Positions 1 to 8,000 of a stretch of DNA of 64,000 nucleotides are shown here, piece by piece. The stretch is taken from contig OZ220732.1 of assembly GCA_965116905.1 (NCBI GenBank), positions 800,001 to 864,000 on the forward strand, written 5' to 3'. The position numbers and the translations under genes were made by a program. Numbering within the stretch: position 1 is the first letter of the stretch; every line of letters begins with the position of its first letter. The notes under the pieces were generated by a model. The model searched no databases and was not told where the DNA came from. It was given only the letters and a program-made list of their open reading frames with translations. Source of the stretch: Longimicrobiales bacterium. GTDB taxonomy: Bacteria > Gemmatimonadota > Gemmatimonadetes > Longimicrobiales > Gaopeijiaceae.

Positions 1-284
1 TTGAGCTCTTACGCTCGGCCTTGTCAGACGGGGCGTTCAAAAAGTGGGATGGCCAGAGACATGTTGGTGCATTCTCGGTTTCCGGGTTTGATGCCATCGC
101 CCACGGTGTCGCGAGCAATCTGGAGCAGATTATCGCGATTCCAGACGCGGCATCGTGGGTGCGGGAGAAAGCCCGTGCGGTGTGGCAGGAGCAGAAGTTT
201 CAGAAGAACTCTGGTCAGGGGGTTCGCGGCACAACGAGACTCAAGCATTTGCTGCCATTTGGAGAGACCTACTTTCGCCCATGA
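1..284 (+). CDS. 3' part of a probable DUF262-domain protein (5' end outside window)
   Basis: Frame 3 is open from the window start (ELLRSALSDGAFKKWDG...LLPFGETYFRP*). Its stop overlaps the ATG of the HEPN gene (ATGA, 281-284). The DUF262 call rests on the usual DUF262 + MAE_28990-HEPN pairing and on resemblance of the C-terminus; the DUF262 domain itself is not visible. Confidence 0.5.
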   Translation, partial: ELLRSALSDGAFKKWDGQRHVGAFSVSGFDAIAHGVASNLEQIIAIPDAASWVREKARAVWQEQKFQKNSGQGVRGTTRLKHLLPFGETYFRP

Positions 285-1006
285 ACGAAACGGTGCGCAC
301 GACTGAACAGCTGCAGGAGTTTCTTGACGGCGACTTCGGGTGGCGAGTGAAGGAAATGTCGGATATTCGCACGGCAGCTCGGCGCGCCGATACTATGGCA
401 CGAACGACGCTGGTTCGGGCTGGGATTGCGCTTGCGTATGCACACTGGGAGGGATTCGTAAAGAAGGCTGCGAACGCCTATGTGAGGTACATTTCCTGTC
501 AGGGTCTACGGCATGTCGATTTGCGGACTTGTTTTGTGGCTCTCAGTCTTCGCAGACCGATTTGGAACCTGCAATCGTCGAGGAAGGCCGAGGCGATGAT
601 AGCGGCGTTGGAGTCGGTGGTGGGCGAGCAAGCTGCACGGGCGAAGCTGAAAAAAGCAGTCTCAATCGGGACGGAATCCAACCTCAGTTCGAGTGTGTTC
701 AGGGATATGGCGTGTTGGCTGGGATTGGATGTGGGGCACTACGAGACGAAGTGGCAGTTTATTGACGAGCGCTTATTGAAGCGAAGGAACTCAATTGCTC
801 ACGGCAGTGGAGGGGAGCTCGTGCTAACGCAGGATGAGTTTGAGGAATTGGTCCATGACGTGGTACAGCTTCTCAGATGGTTTAAGACCGACATCGAGAA
901 CGCGGTGAGTACGGAAGCATTCCGAAGCGGGAGTGTGGTAGGATTCTCGGACACCGGTGGCGGTGTCGGTGAGGAAGGCGGGCCCGTACGGGTGAAAGGT
1001 CAGTAG
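281..1006 (+). CDS. MAE_28990/MAE_18760-like HEPN domain nuclease
   Basis: Start at ATG 281 (MNETVRTTEQLQEFLDGDFGWRVKE). Carries YAHWEGFVK, TESNLSS and the HEPN RxxxxH motif (KRRNSIAHG). Confidence 0.85.
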   Translation: MNETVRTTEQLQEFLDGDFGWRVKEMSDIRTAARRADTMARTTLVRAGIALAYAHWEGFVKKAANAYVRYISCQGLRHVDLRTCFVALSLRRPIWNLQSSRKAEAMIAALESVVGEQAARAKLKKAVSIGTESNLSSSVFRDMACWLGLDVGHYETKWQFIDERLLKRRNSIAHGSGGELVLTQDEFEELVHDVVQLLRWFKTDIENAVSTEAFRSGSVVGFSDTGGGVGEEGGPVRVKGQ

Positions 1007-1181
1007 AATGGGAGGTTCGGTCACGCTGAAAGTCGGTTCCCAGGGACGACCTTGACTCTCAGCACCGAGACGGCGACGGGGGTGCCGGTAACTTGAGGGG
1101 TTTGGGCTTTTCTGCGGTGGCGCGGGCCAACTGGGTTCCGTGGGATTTGGATTGCTACACGAGCGCGCCACACAGATGCCG

Positions 1182-1805
1182 TCACCCTCCGGGTATAGTG
1201 CGAACCCTCTCCGGCAGGCTCGTGCACGCTGCCGCGCGAACGGGACCGATTCGTCGGACCAACTCCTGCATCCTGTCAGGAGGAACGACCTGCATCTTGG
1301 CATCTCGCAATGCACGGAAGATCGCATCGGCCTGGCCGGTTTCTCCGAGCCCATCCGTCACCCGACCGTGGAGCAGTACATCGGCTGTCGATGCAAGTCG
1401 CAGTCCCGGGAATCGCTCGGCGCAGATCCGCCTCGCCTTGCGTTCGTCAATCAGTGCGACGGCGTCGCGCCCTACAGCATAGGCGATCGTCGCGGCCTCG
1501 CCGTCGTCCAGGGTCTCCTGGGCCTCGCCCTCCACAAGCGACCGGTAGACAGGTTCGTCGCTCCGCTGCAGCTCCACCGGGTCGATGGACCCGTCGACGA
1601 TCAGCGCTTCGAGCCCCTCCCAGGATCCGTGCCCCCGCCCTCTGCCTTCCCACAGCTCGCGGCGAACGTTGGTCGTCGCCAGAAAGCGATTCGGGAACGC
1701 ATCGACGATTTCGGACGCCGTCCGCGTCGCGACGAGATTGATAATCACGCTTGCGTCGGTTACGACCGGGGCGCCCGGGTCACCCAGGAAGCTTGACGAT
1801 GTCAT
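1182..1805 (-). CDS. PIN-domain nuclease (toxin-like)
   Basis: Acidic PIN residues in VVTDASVIINL, RREL, LDDGEAATIAYA and LIDERKARR. ATG at 1805 overlaps the 3' end of the XRE-peptidase gene. Confidence 0.8.
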   Translation of the reverse strand: MTSSSFLGDPGAPVVTDASVIINLVATRTASEIVDAFPNRFLATTNVRRELWEGRGRGHGSWEGLEALIVDGSIDPVELQRSDEPVYRSLVEGEAQETLDDGEAATIAYAVGRDAVALIDERKARRICAERFPGLRLASTADVLLHGRVTDGLGETGQADAIFRALRDAKMQVVPPDRMQELVRRIGPVRAAACTSLPERVRTIPGG

Positions 1806-2955
1806 CCGCCTCGCTCCTCTCGGTCTCTGCTCCCTCGAGGAGATCTCGCACTTCAAGCCTATGGAGCCTGAGCATCCGGGCCAGCTGTCCTTCGCTGTAG
1901 TACCCTTTCTTCCACGCTTCGCGGACCAGTAGCGCCAGGCGTCGTGGGACGTGGTCAGTGCGCGACGCTGGATCCTCGGCTCGATGGGAGGTGCCCAGGA
2001 CCTGCTCCGCCTGCCGGTCGGTGATGCCCCCGTGCGACTGGAACCAGTCCCACGTGCCGCGTCGGGCGAGATCGAGCTCCTCGAGGCGGCGCACCATGGC
2101 TTCGCGCGAGACGGTGAACCGGTCGGCCAGAAGGATTACGTGGCGTCGAGTCAGGTGCGAATGCCCGGCCGTCAGCTCTTCAAAACGCAGCTTCACGGCG
2201 CGTGCCGGGGTCAGGAAGGCGCGCGCGAAGTGGTCCGCGTACCGCTCTTCACGAGAGTGGGGGCTGTCGTCCCGCCTGAGGACGTTCGGCTCATGACGGG
2301 TCGATGTTAAGTGTCCGAGCTCGTGACCAGCGGTATAGGCGCGGCGGCTGGCAGGGTGGTTGGCGTTCAGGAGGACGCACGCCCCCACTGCGGCGTCGTG
2401 GGCGAACAGTCCCGAGATGCGGCTGCCCAGAGGTCGCACGTACACGCGGATGCCGAGGTCCAGCTCCATGACCGAGACGATGTCCCTGACCGGGCCGAAT
2501 CCGAGGCCGAGCCAGACACGCAGCTCCTGTGCGTCGTGCTCCGCCTGGGAGCGGACGTTGCCGGGCAGGAGGGGTCGGACGCGCGGGAAATTCCGGTGTC
2601 GGGCTACGCCCAAGGCATTCTCCAACTCCACCTCGGCGCTGACGAGGTCCGTCAACAGCCGGGCCGCCTGCTCGGTGCCGTCGTCCGCGCAGCGCGCCAC
2701 GCTTCGGAACTGGGGAACGAGATCTATGTGGACGGCCTCCCGCCGCAGAATCGCGTTCGCCGAGGTGCCGTAGCGAATCGCGAGCGCCTGTAGCTCGTGC
2801 GTGCGGACGCGCCGCTTCCCCTGTTCGATTGCGACCAGGGTGGTGCGGGCGACATCGATCGCGGCGGCTGCTTTGGCCTGGGTGAGCTCGGCTGTCTTCC
2901 GGGCAATCTGGAGGCGCTCGCCGATGGTGCGGTCCGTCAACCTTTCAGTTCTCAT
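1780..2955 (-). CDS. XRE-family HTH + ImmA/IrrE (DUF955, M78) metallopeptidase fusion
   Basis: N-terminal HTH (IGERLQIARKTAELTQAKAAAAIDVARTTLVAIEQGKR). C-terminal HEXXH (GHELGH) followed by EERYADHFARAFL. Confidence 0.9.
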   Translation of the reverse strand: MRTERLTDRTIGERLQIARKTAELTQAKAAAAIDVARTTLVAIEQGKRRVRTHELQALAIRYGTSANAILRREAVHIDLVPQFRSVARCADDGTEQAARLLTDLVSAEVELENALGVARHRNFPRVRPLLPGNVRSQAEHDAQELRVWLGLGFGPVRDIVSVMELDLGIRVYVRPLGSRISGLFAHDAAVGACVLLNANHPASRRAYTAGHELGHLTSTRHEPNVLRRDDSPHSREERYADHFARAFLTPARAVKLRFEELTAGHSHLTRRHVILLADRFTVSREAMVRRLEELDLARRGTWDWFQSHGGITDRQAEQVLGTSHRAEDPASRTDHVPRRLALLVREAWKKGYYSEGQLARMLRLHRLEVRDLLEGAETERSEADDIVKLPG

Positions 2956-2963
2956 CGATCGCT

Positions 2964-4307
2964 TCACACCCATTGCTTGACGAATGAGGTTGGCCCCAGC
3001 GAGTTCAGGAAGTCCTGCCATTCATCCGCGTGCCGCTCTAAGAGCTGCACCATCCGCCCCTCGATGTCCTCGACGCCCTCGATTACGCGACCGAGGGATT
3101 TCGCGTGGCGCCTCACGATCGGCCGCACATCGCCATCGGCCATGGCGGCGAGGTCGGCCATGTGTCGAGTTCCGGCGATGGCGTAGTCCCGGTAGGCACC
3201 ATTGGGGTGCTGGAAGTCCGGATCAACTGCGGTCTCCAGCGTGCTCGCGTTCATGTCAGTGCAGATGTAGCTCTCAGGATCTTCGGTGAGACCAGCCGCG
3301 TGCACGCTGACCCTTCTCAGCATACACGCGGCGCACACCCCGCAGTGGCGCCACGACCGGCGGACGGAACTCCAGCGGTTGTCCTTCCAACAGGATTTGG
3401 TGGACGGCCACCTGTCGTCGCCGGTGGCGACATAGCTAGCGAGCGTCTCCCCCTTGGTGTGCCAGAGGCGCGGGAAGCGGTAGCGGATGGGCTGTTCGAA
3501 GAGCGCTTCCAGAAACTGCTCCATGCGATGCATGAACTCCGGATGGTTGCGGTAGTCGGGGTGTGCGTGCCCCACGGTCACGAGCGGTGGACCCAGGCTG
3601 CCCTGACCGCTCTCGGGCACGATGACCCTGTTCGCGCGGGTCAGGTACGCGGCGATTCCGGCAGTGGTCGCAAACTTGAACCCGCGGCTCATGGCGCTTG
3701 GCTCGGAGCGTCGGGGGACCCGCACCCGGTAGGGAATCGACACAAATGGCTCCCCGTTGCGGGTCATTGCGCGTGGCCTCCGACCCAGACGCACCCGTAC
3801 CACTTCCTCCCCCAGACTTGCCTTGGCGAGCGCGGCGACCGCGAGCGAGTCCATGCCCTCGCTGTAGGCAAGGACCGCTCTCGAGGGCGGGAACAGAGCG
3901 AATCGATCTCCCTCAGGCTCCTGAATCGGGCTCTCTCTCTGGTGGAAATCGACTGACCAGCGGTCACCTGTGACGAGCCTGAGCGCCTCCAGCAAGGCTT
4001 CCTTCACCGGTGGAGCCCGCCAACGATCAGGGTCATCTACGGGCACGCGAATCGACAGGCGCCGAGTCCATCCACGCGGCGGCCGTCGGCACGACAGGTC
4101 CGCGAACTCCACGCTTGCCGCCACGAGCATAGCGTCGCCCACTACCGGCTCCCAAGGCGAAAAGGCGTACGACTCGAGGGCTGTCGTTGAGAAGCGGATA
4201 TGCCGGCCGAGCTCGCATTGGAGCCAGCCGTCCTGTTGCGGGCCTTCAGGCTCGCAGACGGAGACTCGCGCCTCGGCACGCGCCGCGCCGGTTGCCGACC
4301 GGTTCAC
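2964..4307 (-). CDS. QueC-family (QatC/Cap9-like) PP-loop enzyme
   Basis: QatC-type N-terminal domain (DAMLVAASVEFAD...GWTRRLSIRVPVDDPDRW...LVTGDRWSVDF), variant PP-loop YSEGMDS, TKGE and a Zn cluster SCW-x-HCGVCAAC. At 447 aa it is far longer than housekeeping QueC. Confidence 0.85.
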   Translation of the reverse strand: MNRSATGAARAEARVSVCEPEGPQQDGWLQCELGRHIRFSTTALESYAFSPWEPVVGDAMLVAASVEFADLSCRRPPRGWTRRLSIRVPVDDPDRWRAPPVKEALLEALRLVTGDRWSVDFHQRESPIQEPEGDRFALFPPSRAVLAYSEGMDSLAVAALAKASLGEEVVRVRLGRRPRAMTRNGEPFVSIPYRVRVPRRSEPSAMSRGFKFATTAGIAAYLTRANRVIVPESGQGSLGPPLVTVGHAHPDYRNHPEFMHRMEQFLEALFEQPIRYRFPRLWHTKGETLASYVATGDDRWPSTKSCWKDNRWSSVRRSWRHCGVCAACMLRRVSVHAAGLTEDPESYICTDMNASTLETAVDPDFQHPNGAYRDYAIAGTRHMADLAAMADGDVRPIVRRHAKSLGRVIEGVEDIEGRMVQLLERHADEWQDFLNSLGPTSFVKQWV

Positions 4308-4864
4308 AGTTGCGGCCCCTCGTCGATTCCGTCGCGCATGACCGGGCTACGGGCCGGTGCCGGGGATCCGGAATCGTCAACGATTTGGGAAGCCAGACCT
4401 CGGACATCGACCGCTTGGCAAGCCTCGGTGAAGCGCCCACTGACACGACCCCAAGGGAACCAGGTCTTCCTCAGGTAGTGCTCTTTGGTGGAGCGTGAGT
4501 TGTCGAGGAGGCACTCGTGAAGCGTGTCGGCGACCGCCGACTCCACCATGTCACGTCCCGACGACGCACTGGCGTCCTGCTGGCTCAGGTAGGTAAGGAA
4601 CGTCTGGGCGGTCTTCGAGCCCGAATGCTCCTGTCGGAGGGCCTCGATCGCCCTAGCGAGGTCGGGCGCGAAGAGGGTGCGTTGGCCGTTGGGTGCCAAG
4701 ATGCGTACGATTGCCTTGAGAGGCAGTTCGCGAGCTTCCTTCAGGAGCGCGGCATCCATTGCCTCAGTGACCTCCCCGGGCGAGAAAGCCCGGATTTCCA
4801 GCCGCTTCGCGACTTGCTTCCAACGCTTCCCGAGCGGCAGGCTCTTCCAAGGGCCATCGCTCAC
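4304..4864 (-). CDS. Hypothetical helical protein, first gene of the QueC-like operon (positional analogue of QatB)
   Basis: GTG start with a GGAGG RBS. 186 aa, MSDGPWKSLPL...DGIDEGPQL. Its stop overlaps the QueC-like start (GTGA, 4304-4307). Confidence 0.75.
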   Translation of the reverse strand: MSDGPWKSLPLGKRWKQVAKRLEIRAFSPGEVTEAMDAALLKEARELPLKAIVRILAPNGQRTLFAPDLARAIEALRQEHSGSKTAQTFLTYLSQQDASASSGRDMVESAVADTLHECLLDNSRSTKEHYLRKTWFPWGRVSGRFTEACQAVDVRGLASQIVDDSGSPAPARSPVMRDGIDEGPQL

Positions 4865-4895
4865 GTGCTTCCTCCCTGATCGCTGTCTGTGCTGT

Positions 4896-4934
4896 AATGT
4901 CAGAAATCCTATATGTAAAAGATGACATTGTCAA
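4896..4934 (-). promoter_or_regulatory. Sigma70-type promoter with overlapping palindromic operator boxes
   Basis: Minus strand: TTGACA (4934-4929), a 17-bp spacer, then TAGGAT (4911-4906), in an AT-rich patch. Inverted repeat AATGTCA (4896-4902) / TGACATT (4923-4929), plus the box ATGTAA-N4-TGACAT (4913-4928). Confidence 0.75.
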
Positions 4935-5044
4935 TATTCCATTCGGGCACACCCTCCTCGCCTCAACCCTAGAGAGCAATTCGAGCCTGTTGGGCGCGAT
5001 CTAGCGGTGATGGGGTAAGGGCTTCAGGGGACCCTCGGATATCC

Positions 5045-8000
5045 CTACGCTTCCGTTCCCGCCCTCCGATTCGTCACCGTCGGCTCCGTCGCCAGCATGG
5101 ACCGCCACCCGGCCACCGTCTCCGCGCTTACATCAAGCGCGGCCGCCGCAGCCTCGTCGAGGACCCGGCGAGCTTCGCACCGTTCCGCCTCACGCATGGG
5201 CAGGAGCTCCACGTCCCGCACCTGCTGCCACGCGTCGGCGAGCGCGTCCCAAGCCGGGTTGTCTGGGGTCGGCACGCGGACTTCACGGAGGTGGTGCAGC
5301 TGCCAAGTTGGGTAGGTCAGCGTCTTCGCCCGTCGATTGAGCAGCATGAGCCGGACTGGGGTGCTGTTCCACCAAGCCGCCAGCGCCTGACCCTGCCGAT
5401 CGCAATCCACGGCGACGGGAACCCACCAGCCGAAGGCCGGCGAGGTCGCCCACAGTGCGTTCACCCGGCCGGTGACCGTATTCATCCGCATGGCGACCAG
5501 CAGCCTGCTCCGCTGTCCGGCGTAGCGTTCAGCCAGCCCCTCCTTGCCTGGGCGGGGCACGTAGCCGACGTCCGGCTCTTCGCGCACCTTGCGCCGCAGC
5601 TTGCTGCTCACGGAGTGATAACCGGGGAGCGATCCCCGGGCATCGGGTTCCGCGACTTTGTAGGCGTCCTGAATGCGTTGTCCCGCCGGGCCGACTGCGT
5701 GGTCGCTCCCGAGGGGTTGCAGGCGCGGCGACGCTTCGACCTGCCGGACGACGTCGGCCAAGGCACCGTTGAACCACTGTACCGGCGTCCAGTCCCCCGC
5801 TTCGACACGGTCGCTTGGCCACTCCGTGACGCGGGCCCACTTGGTCGGCTCGCCAGCCAAGATCGCATCCGCGGCGGCGACGGCCTCCTCAGGCGTGGAC
5901 GGCATCCGGCGAAGCGAGACGAACTGGGTTGGCGGGCGGGTGTTTCCGTGCCAGCGGCGAGCGACCAGCAGGCACTCGTGGATGCTGGTGTTATCGGAGA
6001 AGTTGATGTGGCGCGGATCGTGGGAGGTGACGATGCGCTCGATGTGGAAGCGGCGGGCCAGGAATCTGCGTTCGGCGACGCCGGCTGGACCGGTGCAGCC
6101 AGTGCTCGGGACGACTTTCGCCAAGATTCCTTGACCGCCAAGGAGTCGGTCCGCCAGTGGCGAAAAATAGGTGCTGACGCTATTGGAGTTGATCACTCCT
6201 AAGACTTCGTCGTCCGATTGCTCTACCGAATCCCGAATCCGCAGCTCGTGTTCCTGCATCCGCCTAACGGTGTCTCTCCCGAACTGCCGGTTGCGCTGTT
6301 TGTTGTTCGTGAACGGTGGGTTCATCAGGACCAGATCCAGGTCCTTCAGCGGGTACTCCGCGTCCGCAGCGCTGTCGACGTGATGCGCCGCGAGCCCGGC
6401 CATGGTCCGCAAGGGCCGGATCAGCGTGTGCAGCGAATCCTCCCGGTCGGTCGCACCCAGAATGTCAAGCGACCCCGCCCTCACGCTCCCGTCCGGCTGC
6501 GGCCCGTGCTTTAGGGTGAGCAGGTTCATCCGCCGGTAGTCGACCGTCGGAGCACCAAGCGTCAAGTTACAGGCCGCCAGCTGAACGGCCGTTCGGTTCA
6601 CGTCCAACCCGCAGAGCACGTTTTCGACCAGTAGACGGTGCAGCTTGTCGGAATCGTCCAGGCCATGCCCATTGTCGTCGTCCGCCCCTGCCTCTTCGAC
6701 TCGCTTCTTGATCACATGCAGCGCGGCCATTAGCAGTGTCCCGGTCCCGCACGCAGGGTCCATGATCCGCAGCCGCGACACCTCTTCCGGGTCGCTCCAG
6801 TCGCGGAGGTCCGGGCCGAGGGCGAGCCGCGCCAGCATGAGCGCCGACAGGTTGTTCGTGTAGAAGGCCCCGTAGGCGGTCGCGTCGGGGAGGATGCGGT
6901 GATAAAGCGGGCCGGCGTGGTCGTACCCCAGCGCACTCAGAGAGTCGGCCACTCTATTCGCGCACTCGGCGAGGATGCGCAGCGCGTGACCCGCCCAGCG
7001 TCGATCGGGAATCACGTCCAGCACGGCCAGCGGAGGTTCGAACACCGGCGCGTAGTCGCGTTTCAGGATCGCCTCCCAGGCAGCGCGCAGAACGACCGCT
7101 GGCTTGTCGGCGCCGCCGACCTGATTGAGCTTGGCGATCCCCTCCATGGTCGGCACTTCGCCCAGTCGCCGGTGCAGTAGACAGGCGTTGGCCAAGAGCA
7201 GCGCGGCGATGGTGCAGATGTTGCGGTCGCCCGCTTCCGAAGGAAGGCCGAGCGCGGAAGCGACATCGCCCGCCAGCTCCCCTTCCAGGAACAGTCGCGC
7301 GGCCGCGCGCACGGCGTGCTCGATGTCCTGCGACACTTGGAGGCCGGGTTTACCAAGACCTGAGGCGGCCACGACGTGCGCGTAAACGCCTTGGCTGACG
7401 TCCGCCAACTTGAGGTCGGGTTGAGTGACCGGCTCAGGTGGATCCGGGCCCACGGGGGGCGGATCCGGTCCATCGTAGGCCCGCACGAACCGCGCCGGGT
7501 CCTCCGCCAGCCGGCCGTCGTGCGACTGGAGTGCGCGCAGCACCTTGCCCACCGCGCGATAGCCGTCCGTCCCCGCCGCCAGCGCCGAAACCAGATCCGC
7601 GCCCGGCTCGATCGGAATGGGCACTACGATGTACCCGAGGCGCTTGCCGGGGCTCTTTCGCATCACCCGGCCCACCGCCTGGACGATGTCCACCTGACTC
7701 TGGCGCGGCTCCATGAAGACGATCGCGTCGAGAGACGGCACGTCCACGCCCTCAGTGAACAGACCGACATTGAACAGCACCCGCGCGACCTTCTGGACGT
7801 CCGCCTTCGCCAAGTCGCGCAGCGCCTGATTCCGCGTGAGCGCGCTGTCGGAGGCGTCCAGATGTTGTGCGTTGACAGGCAGAGACGCCTCCGCGTCTGC
7901 GTCGTCCTTCCGCAACCGGCGAGTGGTGATGCGGCGGAGCTCCGGGAGCTTCATGCCCTCAGCGTAGAAGCTTGAACGGGCAATGGAGTTGGAGAACGCA

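Noticed and set aside
2964..4307. Housekeeping queC for queuosine synthesis, or a complete QatABCD / type IV CBASS
   Set aside because: The protein is about twice the size of QueC with a QatC-type N-domain, and no queD/E, KAP ATPase, TatD or CD-NTase gene is adjacent.
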